In this document: positions 49,001 to 61,000 of the stretch, piece after piece
Layout: the number at the start of each line of letters is the position of its first letter
How positions within the stretch are numbered: the stretch's first letter is position 1
Assembly: GCF_004010195.1 (NCBI RefSeq)
Contig: NC_057718.1
Span: forward strand, 89,817,497 to 89,881,287
Direction: 5' to 3'
Length of the DNA: 63,791 nucleotides
Origin: Chiloscyllium plagiosum
Lineage: Eukaryota
The notes under the pieces: generated by a model
The model's database searches: none
What the model was told of the DNA's origin: nothing
The model's input: only the letters and a program-made list of their open reading frames with translations
Position numbers and translations under genes: made by a program

Positions 49001-52000
49001 GTCTAATCTGAAGTTGTGTCTCAAAAGCAAAGTGCACTGGGGCCATTGCAGTAACAAACTGAAAGCTCTCAAATTCAATTTTCACTCTATATTGAGAGAT
49101 CTTTTGGGGTACAGCTGCAACAATGGGGTTCATTTTGCCCAGGGTTAGAGAGAGGATGCAGTGGCTTCTACAAGAAGCACCTAGTTACCAGTTATGGGGC
49201 CTTTCATGGTAGAGAAGCTATTTGGAAATTATGTAGAGTACACTCTAGGAACCAGTTGCTATGGTACCATAACTGGATTGCAAATCTGTGGCTTCAGGAG
49301 AGGTAGCTTTATTACTCCCTTTTGAGACGATGTTGGATTTGCATCCAGTTTGAGGGTAGGTTGGAGCTGTGGAACATCAGCCACTGGGACAGGCTGCCTG
49401 TCATTATATAACTGTGGAACCTCAGTCCCCTGTGCAGACATTTAAAAACAACTCACAGGATCTAATGGATAGCCTTGCAACTAAAAACACCCAGTGTTTT
49501 TTTTTGAAAGCTCGAAGACAACAGTAAACAGAAATGAAATTCAAGAGCGGGATTTTTAAGGGTGCCTCTGCAGAGACTCAGAGATCAATGCCCTTGTTAT
49601 TCTGCAAAAATCTCAAGTTTTTAGATCAGGGTGGTGCTGGTTTTTAGATCAGGAATGATGAAGGGCTTTTGCCTGAAACGTCAAATTTCCTGCTCCTTGG
49701 AGGCTGCCTGACCTGCTGTGCTTTTCCAGCACCACTCTGGTTTCCAGCATATGCAGTAAGAATACTGGTCTGGACTGGACTGCCAGGAATCGGAGTGATA
49801 GGTCACAGGCTGAATGTTTTGGTCATAGAACAAATTCCTACAGTGTGGAAGCAGGCCACTCAGCCAATCGAGTCCACACCAGCCCTCTGAAGAGCATCCC
49901 GTCTAGCAGTGCTAACCACTGAGTCAATGGTCAAGTATAGGCAAGAGCTTTTGACTCAAAGTATGCCCACATCCCCTGTTTATACAAAGAACCATCACGA
50001 TAATCTTTAAATGGCAAACTTTGCTGCCATTTAAAGCCTTGAGGCACAATTTCTTCATGTCCGTTAATTGTACAGGCAGCCCTGGGAGAAACTCAAGCAA
50101 TGTAGAGACAAAACTCCATCTCAGCTGAGAATAAAAACATAGCTCATTATCATACCAGCACATTACAACGCAAAGAAGGACGAGCCTTCACCAATACCCT
50201 AATAAAAATATAATAGAGGAGTTACCATTGGCAGCTTTCCAGAGACTCCAGCAAATAAACACAAGAAGAATCTAAGAAAGAAAAAAAAAGTTAATACTGA
50301 GAAGTCATATGAGCACAATCTACAGAAAGGGTTTGAATCACTTGCAGAATGTTAGTATATTCTCAGAATGTCACAAAATATATGCTGGCCAATTAATTAC
50401 TTCTTGAAGAGGAGTCACTGTTTATATATAAAGAAACCCACCCTGAGCACCTTGTTTTGTCAATCCACCTTTCTGTTATACCCATATCATTGCTACCCTT
50501 ACACTAAGTATTACCCATATTTCTTTTCAACCAGAGAGCTTTCTCTGGAAGGAGGATGCACGAGCAGTCAATGAAGGGAGCGCAAGTGTGTGCTGTCTGA
50601 CATCCCATGTTGCAACAGTCTATGACCCATTTAGAACACCAGCTGCATGCCTAATCCTCACATGAGGCAAAGATCAGGAAATTCATTGTCAGAATGCTCC
50701 TAGCTTTACTCATTGACCAATCATCTGAGTAAAAATGTGTACATAGTGATGGTTCCTAAATCTACAACATGCCACAAACTCAAAAGACTGAACAGAGAAT
50801 CCACAAAGAATCCGCTGATTCAGATGGGCAGGGTAATGTGAGGGGAAGAGGCAGAAATAAATCTCAGAACACTCAAGAATTTGCACCAATCAGAAGACAA
50901 CTGGACATATCAAGACGGTCATCTGCTTAGACAATCAGTAAAGCCTTTAGTACTTTTACATGGAGCTTGCAAGCGAGCGCGGCATGCAGGATAAAGAAAT
51001 AACTCAGCTGTCCAAAATAAATGCTGCATTTATACCAAGGTGAACAGTTAGGCTGCTCCATCCATCGCTTTTACTGTACCAATGCCAGTTGCAACTTGTT
51101 CTGACAGCATTTCCAGCTGCCATTTTTCACGCTTTCAGGATGCTATTTTTTCAGGCGAAAGCAGCAGCTAATCTTGCACAACAGGATCCCTCAGACAGCA
51201 CTGAGATAATGATGAAATCATCTGTTTTCAGATGCTGCTTGAGGGACAGCTGTCCCACTCTTTAAATACTGACACAGGATACTTGACTACATCCAACAGC
51301 AGATGAAATGATGATTTACCATTATGCTAGGAAAAAGGAACCCCCAACACTGCAGCACTCCCTCAGCATTTCCCTGGAATGTTACCCTCGAACGGTGTGC
51401 CGTAACCACCAGTGGGGATAGCAGCCAAAATCCTCAGGGTTGAAGCACTAATCCAGTCCAACTGAGTGCTAATGGCTACAAGGTCCCTTAAAATCTTGTA
51501 GTTCTTCTAATTGGGAGGGCGGCCTAACTGCCTGTCTTTGTAGGCCTCAGTTATGTCCTGAGTGGGGTGCTGGAAAAGCACAGGTCAGGCAGCATCCGAG
51601 GAGCAAGGAGGTCAACGTTTCGGGCATAAGCCCTGATCTCCAGCATCTGCTGTCCTCACTTGCTCCTAAATTATGTCCTGGAAACCTAACAGAAAGGCAA
51701 GTGTTTTTTTTTTAAACTTAAATATCCTGTGGATCAAAGATGTCCCCAGCCACTTGGTCCCTGAACTAGTCTCCTCTCTACAGGTCTACAGTATCTGCAA
51801 ACTTCAAAACACCCAAAACGGGTGATGAGGAAAACAAAGTTAGGAAGCACTGGCTTGGATGTCGTGTTCATATCTCTCCGACACGCTATTGCCTGACTCC
51901 AGAAAGTGCGCTGTTCATCACGGAGCTAGGACCCGATAGTTAGAGACGAATTGCTTCACAGCTCAGGAATGAAACCACTTAAAGCAATGCCTCTTTCCTG

Positions 52001-55000
52001 AGTACTTACTCAAAAATGAGTCTACTTACTTTTTTGCCTTGCTGCTGTTGGGGTAATCCACGACCATCCCACCTGTGAAACCAGCCTTCATGGCCTGTGC
52101 TGTGATCAACTCCAACTGAAGACAACAAAAAGTTATACTCATTTTAGTTGCATTCAATGCTCTACCTCCCTTCCCTTTAGTTTTTATTCCCCTTTACTTC
52201 AAGCATGAGTTTTTGCCTGAGACAGAGTTTGTGGACACACAGTGGTCGCTTGCCCTTGGCACTACAGTAATACAACCACCTGACTCAGGTGAGAGCATGT
52301 TAAAACCCGACTCTGGGACCAGGGCACATAACCCAGACCATACCACAATGCAGCACCTAGACTGCACTGCTGCAGAAGCCTCTCTTTGGCAGAGATATTA
52401 AACCAATGAACTGTGTCTGTCTGTTCTGTTGTTTCAGATTTTTTGCTGAATTTGTATTATTTGATGAGAGTGGTTATGTATTGAACAGAATTCCAGGTAA
52501 TTCAGTGACAGCACTGCACTTGAGGTAACAAGATACCACAATTTCCCACCCACAAGCTGCGACTCAACTGCAGGGGCATCAGCTGAGTCAGAGTTTGCTC
52601 TTGCTCCACATCCGCACTTGTATATTTATAGTAGGGGATTACTGCATGGTGGTGTGAAATGGGAACCTTGGCTAATTTCTCCGCTACCTGTTGCGGTAAT
52701 TGAATGAGCTATTGGAAGCTCTCTCAGTAACTTATTCTACAATTTGAATTAAAAGGTGGCACAGATTCCACACTATCAATACCATTGTATCTGTTGGATC
52801 TGTAACAATTGCTGTTTGTGTTCACTGACAGTATCTACAGAGGCTGTGTGGGGACAAATAAAATATAAAAAGCAGGAAATAGGAACAGTAGGCCATTCGG
52901 CCCTACCAGGCCCCAGGTCCCTTTGTAATCTATATTTGCAATATATTACCATTTAAATAATACACTGCCTTTGTTCTTCACATTTACCCATGCTACACTG
53001 CATCTGGCATGTGTTTGCTCACACATTACTGAAGCTACCGTGCGACTTCCTGACAGCAACAATAACAGAGTGACGATGACTTGCCTGAAGCACGCAGTAT
53101 TCTGAAAACTTTTAACACTGAGCCACTAGACTCTGCCAATGGTTTAACAGATAGAGACACCTGATGCTCCACTGACATCCCTTCTGTGCCAAGTCAAGCT
53201 GGGATGCTAACAAGCAGCCCTGACACCTTGCGTCACAGGGTGCGAAAGCAGAAGCTTCAACTGGACAGGCTAGAATTTTACAATGCACACCCATATTGTT
53301 TGTGCCAGTTTCCTGATCAACAATACTTCCTTGCTCTTTCCCAAGAGCCCTTACAAATGTTTGTTTGTAAAGAAAATACCCAAGTCACTTCTAAAAGTTA
53401 CAACTAAATGTGCTCCCACCAGCTTTTCAGACAGTGCGTTCCAAACCATCACAACGGGGTGTAAAAAGAACTCTTTGTTCTTCTGGCTTTGTGCCAATTA
53501 TTTTCAAACTGCACCCTCTGAGTACAATCTCTCCTGTCAATGGCAACAGTTTCTCCTTACAGTATTGAAACCATTTGTAATGTTGAACTCTTCACAACTC
53601 TGTGCTCCATTCTGCTGCTGTTTACCACCCAGTACCCAAGCTGGGCAGTGCACTTCAATGGAGGTCAGGTGACTGGGTGATTGCACAGAAACAGACCCTT
53701 CAGTCCAACACATCCATGCTGACCATAATTCCAAACTAAAATAGCCCCACCTGCCTGCACATGGTCCACTGACGGAGGGGTGATGACCTCGTGGTATCAT
53801 CACTGGACTGTTAATCCAGAGACCCAAATAATATTCTGGGGACCCAGGTTCAAATCCCACCAGGGCAAATGGTGGAATTTGAATTCAATAAATATCTGGA
53901 ATTATGAATCTAATGACTACTATAAATCCATTGCCAATTGTTAGAAAAACCCATCTGGTTCATTAATTTCCTTCCTTTAGAGAAGGAAACTGCCATCCTT
54001 ACCTGGTCTGGCCTACAGGTGACTCCAGACCCACAGCAAATGTGATAGACTCCCAACTGCTCTCTGGGCAATTAAGGATGGGCAATAAACGCAGCCTCGC
54101 CAGCGAAGCCCTCATCTTTTTACAGAATAAAGAAAAAAATCCCTTCAAACATTTCTTATTCATGTACTCATCTAAACATTTTTCAAACATTGTAACTGTA
54201 CCCACATCCACCTCTTCCTCTCGAAGTTTATTTCACACACGAACCACTAAAATAAAGGCCAAATCTCTCTCCTCTCACCTTGCCCTTTCGTCTTGAAATC
54301 CCCCACCTTAAGGGAAAGACACTTGCCATCCACCTTATCTAGGCCCCTCATGATTTTATAAACCATTAAGGTCACCGCTCAACCTCCTACACTGCAGTGG
54401 AAAAGTCTCAACCTCTCCTTATAACTCAAACCCTAAATACCTGCCAACATCCTACTACATTTTTTTTCTCAACACTCTCCAGCTTAGTTATATCCTTCCT
54501 TTCACAGGACAACCATATCTGAACACACTACTTCAGAAGACGCCTCACCGACATCCTGTACAACATGACATCCTCTAACCATGCTCTCCTCAGAGCAACT
54601 TAGAACTGATGATTTAGGCTTGGGTAAAGAATGGCCACTTGGATAAAGTGCCAGAGTACTGTAATGCCTATGGAGCACAACCTAGTAGGGAGGGTATTGG
54701 GTACCAAGCCAGGCACTTGCTGTAATGATGACCAAGCTCTGAGGAGCTCACAAAGTTTACCAAATGATCATTTTAATGCTAGACACAAGCATTGTGTGGA
54801 CAACATTTTAGGGAGTGTGCTGCATTTAATGCACAAAAAGAACTCTTGATTTACTTGACCTTCAACAAACTAGAAGGATGAATAGATCAGAAGACTGACA
54901 TACAAGCCCACACGCATCCATGACATGTTGGGTATTAAATTTCACTTCTTCAATACTGTGGTAACTTACTTGCTCGGAGTTTTCAGGATAGAGCTGAAAC

Positions 55001-58000
55001 ACAGCTCGTGCGCCTCGTACCTGTAAAACAGAGAGCTTAGTGTATAAAATAGCCGCTCTGGTGAAAACCAAACAAAATTCCAATACCATGCCATTACAGT
55101 CAATAACAGCTGCTCTAGTAGTGCACATAGCAAACATAGTCCAAGACAATCTCAATGCAAACTCTCACTCACTTGTAACTAGAGCATTATAGTTTAGCAG
55201 GCTGCAGTTGCTGACTCAGTTCAGATGCATTTGAGTACAATGGGCAAATAGGGCGTTGGATGTTGTATCGAGTAGATTGGGGTGGGGCAAATAGAAACGC
55301 AATTAAAGTCTGAGTGTACATTCTAATCTTTCTCTGGCTTTCCTGCAAAACCTAGTGGCCGTGGAATCCATAGGTTCGGTGCAGAAATGCAACAGGCAAC
55401 CTGCACACAAAACCACCCACACCGCTATCACCCTCACAACGATAAGTATTGAAGCTCCCAATCTCACACCTTACCAGACTGGCATACAGGGAGCTGAAGA
55501 ACTTGTACAGTCGCTTTGGGGGGCTGTGATTCTTCTTATCGGCATTACAAAGCCACTGCAGGGCAGAAATACTAAGGAGAGAAGGAAAAGGACCACAGCA
55601 TTAAACTCCTTCTGGTATGCCAACCTGCCAGATATCTAAGACCAAGTCCTTTGCTTCAAATGAAACGTGGTTCAGACAGCATTCTTATTTAGTGATTTTT
55701 TTTTGCAAGCATTTCAGCATTCCAGTACTTGAGGTGGGGTGATGAGATAGATTAAAGGAAGGTCTTACAAAAATTATGAGGATTGACTTTCAGAAACACT
55801 GCCTCAGGAGACAATCAGTCAACAGCTTTGTTCAAACAGGCTGTCTGGTTGATAACCAAAACCAGGGAGCGATTATAAAACTCATGCCCGGTTTAAATAG
55901 CTGAGATTGTTGAGCATGGAACGTGTTTGGGATGGGGTGGTGTGAATACTTCAAACACTTATTTGCCACAAACTGCAGAAGTTAAAGGCACAAGAAAAAG
56001 TTAAAGTTCAGTTTAGATACAACTTTGAGCAGGGAGGGGTAAACAGGTCGAATGAACTTGTCAGGGGGGCACGCAAAAATCTGATGCTGCTTTTCTGATT
56101 AAATCTCTACCAATGTTCCAACATGTTTTCCAAGTCACTCAGATGACATAATCTTGTACATCGCCCCATTTTCAGTAATGCATGCTGATGGGAAGCACGG
56201 TGGCTTGGTTATTAGCACTGTTGCCTCACAGCACCAAGGACCCAGGTTCGATTCCACCCTTGGGCAGTGTTTGCACATTCTCCCCGTGTCTGCATGGGTT
56301 TCCTCCCACAATCCAAAAGTGTGAAAATTAGATGAATTGGGCAGGGATGTGTAAGTTAGCTGCATTAGTCAAGGGTAAATACAGAGCAATAGGATAGGAG
56401 AATGAGTCTGGGTGGGTTACTGCTCGGATGGTCGGTGTGGACTTGTTGGGTCTGTTTCTACACTGTAGGGATTCTATGATTCAAACAAAAGTGGGGAAAG
56501 GAAGTGTATTACTCTTTGCATATACAACATAGAACATTACAGCACATTACAGGTCCTTGATGTTGCGCTGACCTGTGAAACCAATCTGATTTTCCCATGA
56601 ACAACCACACCTCAGGTACTTGTCCTTAAGGTCTGGAATTCCTCCACGTACCTCATTTAATTTAATAAAACTAATCACTTCGATCAAGTTTTTGAGTATC
56701 TGCTTTAATATCTCTTTCTAGGGATGGAGCTCAGTGACAACTTTGATCTAATAACACTTCTGTGGAGCTCCTTGGGACACAATTTTAAACATCAACCTCA
56801 GGACCAACATATGGATGGTTTACAATCTCTTTCCTACATTCAGGGGCAATGACAACAGAAAACATAGCAAAATTACTGTTGCTGCAGGTATGACTGCCAG
56901 TTCCTAGACAGTTTCTCTTTTACCTGATGCAACCATCAAACATGCCAGGCCGGAATGGAATGCCAGCACCCAGATCACCCAGAATGAGATCACCTTCCAC
57001 CTCTCTCTCCAATGCAACATCTGTCATGAAAAGGAAAAAAAGACTCAGCGATACCACCTACAAGCAGCACAGAAACCTATCAAATTTGTGCACATGTATT
57101 TCGCCACAATTCACTCAGTCTAACCTGCTCCCCGCAGTCTTTCACACCCCAGCAACTGTCTGCTCACTCTTCAATCATATCCAATCTGAATCCACTTGCT
57201 TGCTCAATTCAAACAGCATGAAGCATTTTTCCAATAATATGACTTTTTTTTTTAAAAAAGGTAATAGTTCCCCAATCTATGTTGATGTAATTATCACATT
57301 TGTTATCACTTGCTATTTATGACACCTTCATAATAATCCCCTCAGATTTTAAACCAGCTCAAACTGGGCAACTAGGGATTGGTAATAACTGGCGACAACT
57401 ACATCTCTGAATGATGAAAGAATTCTGATTAAGCAATAGCTTAAGGATCCAGCTGGCGAAACAAAAAAAAATTTTTGGAGAGGACTGGAAGCCCCATTTA
57501 ATTTCTCTTCTTATTTCTCAGGACACCAGCTGTACTCTCTTAGCTGCTCAGGTTATAGAATTATGAATCGGGACCAGGTTGAAAAGCTGCTGTCATGTTT
57601 TAAGATTCCTTCATCCCTGAGACAGATGAATTAAATCAAACTCCAGGTGCTAGAATTTGATTTGATCACATTGTGCAAAACTCTCTGGCTTTATAAGGCC
57701 AGGTTGTTGAATCTGATCACAACAGGAGCATGTAGTACTGCCCTGTCACCTACCAAGCATGGCTGGACTGATGTCCACACCAACCCAGTGATGTCCTTCT
57801 TCAGAGAGGTAATCCCCACTCAGTCCTGACCCACACCTGAAATACGCAGAGAAACAAAGTTCAGTCAATATCACCAAGAAATAACAAACTCTAATACACA
57901 TATTTACATGGTATTGTACTGAACCATGTGCCAATTGTCTACGTTTCCAAGAACAATCAGATTTATAACATATTTGTATGAACTGATCAATCATAAAATT

Positions 58001-61000
58001 GTGACAAGAATAGAGACTTGCAATACCGCACTAAAACCCAATTCAAATCCATTCTCTTCCAATGACCGGTTTTTAAAAATGGACATAGCTCTGGAAGGTG
58101 TTGGGTCAAGATTTATTTTTTTGATTAACAAATTAAGGGACTTCACCAGTCGTGTTATAGAATAGAAAACTTTACGAGTTTTGAGAAGATTTGTAGCTCA
58201 GGTTGACGTTTTAGATGTAGGTTTGCTCGCTGAGCTGAAAGGTTCATTTCCAAACGTTTCGTTATCTTACTAGGTAACATCTTCAGCGGACCTCATGCGA
58301 AGCAATGCTGAAAATTCCTGCTTTCTATTTATATGTTTAGCTTGGGACAGCAGCTAATGAACTTGAAAGACCCTATACAGACAATGAGCAAAACTAACGT
58401 CATTTACAAAATACCGTGCAAGGACTGTAACAAACACTACATTGGACAACCACCAGGATGCATGAATACCAACTAGCCACAAAAAGACATGACCCTCTCA
58501 CTAGTATCCTCACATACGGAGGAGGAAGGACATCACTTTGACTGGGATAATACAGCCATCCTAGGATGGACCAAACAAAGACACACACGAGAATTCCTAG
58601 AAGCATGGCATTCCAACCGGAACTCTATCAACAAACACATCGAGTTAGACCCCATCTACCACCTTTTGAGAAAAGGGGTAGGAAGTGACTTCACCACAGG
58701 ACATAACATCACCACAGGAAATGACATCACCAACCCAAAGAAAACCAAACATATAAATAGAAAGCAGGAATTTTCAGCATTGCTTCACATGAAGTCCACT
58801 GAAGATGTTACCTAGTAAGGTAACGAAACGTCTGGAAATGAACCTTTCAGCTCAGCGAGCAAACCTACATCCAGAAAACTTTATGTTTCAGGAAAAAGGT
58901 CTTGGCAAACACACAGACTCAGGTAAGGAGCTTCCAAATAAAGTGTAAAGCTACAGCCATGGCAATCACAACAGGGCGCTCCAACCTCAATTCAAGACAT
59001 ACTCTTCTGTACTTTTTTTGTCCAGTTTCCCTGTCATGGTTACCTTGAGGCTGCTGACCCATGCTGAATTCCAGCTAGTTCTACAACTTTGTCTGATCCC
59101 TATTAAGAAATGCATTGAGACCATACAAAGACTCATTGCATAGGATCCTTACAGCTAAGGACTGCCAATACCATCACTTTAGCCTGAACTAAGTGCAGCT
59201 ATTCAAGATGAAAGGCATCAGATCCATGGGATCTCCCAATTCCATTGAAATATTTTAAATTCCACCAAACCTCCTTCACCCCCACCACCAAATGAAACAT
59301 ACCAAAACTTAAATATGATAACATCCATGTTCTTCTACCTACACACAAGATCTCTTATTGTGGCTTGATGGATAAGACAAAAAGGTGGCAAAATACAAAA
59401 TGTGACAAGCAAGTCATACAGGGCAAGTGTTTCACATCTTGTGTCGTATGAAAATCAACGCCAGTAAGAGGCCAGGGAGCAGATTCAGAGCCCATCCCAG
59501 AGGATCAAGAGAACAAAAAGATAAATAACAACAGCTTCACCTCCGGGATGGTTTTCTCTGAAAATCCCCTGCAAGACTGTAAAAACTTAAGAGGACCCTA
59601 CCCAACATCTAACAGGAAGCATGGCTGATCTTCAGGTAAATGGAGTAGCTCAACAGCCCTTTCGGACATCTGGGTCTGGATTTCAATCATACGTGAGCTG
59701 TGAAGGGAAGAGTCACATTTTATTCAGGTAACCGGCTCACTCCAATCTGTTAATAAGAAGTTTTTTTTACCCCCATCTGTCCTTGAACTGTGAATGACAC
59801 CCACGAAGCAGCTTTTACTATCTGTATCGAATTGTCAAGAGAATTGAGAGGCTGCAGTTACATGAAGTCTGAGTTGTGCCTTCTTCCTCTCAAGTACGTT
59901 AGTGAAGATTAGATTCGATTCCCTACAATGTGGAAACAGGCCCTTCGGCCCAACCAGTCCACACTGACCTTCTGAAGAATAACCCAACCAAACCCATTTC
60001 CCTCTGACTAATGCACCTAACACTATGGGCAATTTTAGCATGGCCAATCCACCTGACCTGCACATTTTGGACTGTCGGAGGAAACTGAATCACCCGGAGG
60101 AAACCCACGCAGACACGGGGAGAACGTGCAAACTCCACACAGATAGTCTGTGGAGGCTGGAATCGAACCTGGGACCCTGGTGCTGTGAGACAGCAGTGCT
60201 AACTGCTGAGCCACCGTGCCGCCCTACCACTTGGGTTTTTGCAATAATCCTGACAGCACTCATTCGCCAGTCTGAATGCTACCAGATGGCATGACAAGGC
60301 ATCAGCTCAAATTAATATACACAAAAGCTGCTAGAAACACTCAGCAAGTCAAGCAGATTCTGTGCCGAGAGAAACTGAATTAGAGCATCAGGTTGAGATG
60401 GCTTTTCCATCCTTTCCAGTGAAACACCATCTCCATTTGAAACAGAGTTTCTCTCTCCACAGATTCTGTCTGACCAGTGAGGAATTTTATTTTTATTTCC
60501 AAATCCTGTGTGGGGGCTAAGTAGTCAGTAAAATATCACATTTACTCGCTACCAAAAGCAAGGCAGTTCAATTTCGCACATAACTCTCAACCCGAAACAA
60601 GGTAGCAAAGCTTCCCACCCTCTCCCCAACAATCTCCTTCCTGAAAATAGCAACTTTGATAGGTACCAGGTCCTAATTAAAAATTAAATACCACAGATAC
60701 AGGAAATATGAAGTAAAAACAAGAAAATGCTGGAGGAACACAGCAGGTCTGGTAGCAACTGTACAGACAGAATTAGAGTTAAACGTTTCAAATCCAATCA
60801 GTCTGAAGGTGGTTAGAAAACAGTGGGTCAGAGAATAGCAGGTCTTTTTATGCTGTTGATGGAGGGGTAGGAGTTACTGAGCAAAATAGTTGTGAGGGAA
60901 TTCAGAGCAGTGTGAAAAGGAAGCGATGTTAGCAAAGGCTCTCTCTGCTGACAGCAAAGTCAACAAGATATAAGTGGGGAAGGTGGGGACAGATGCAAGA

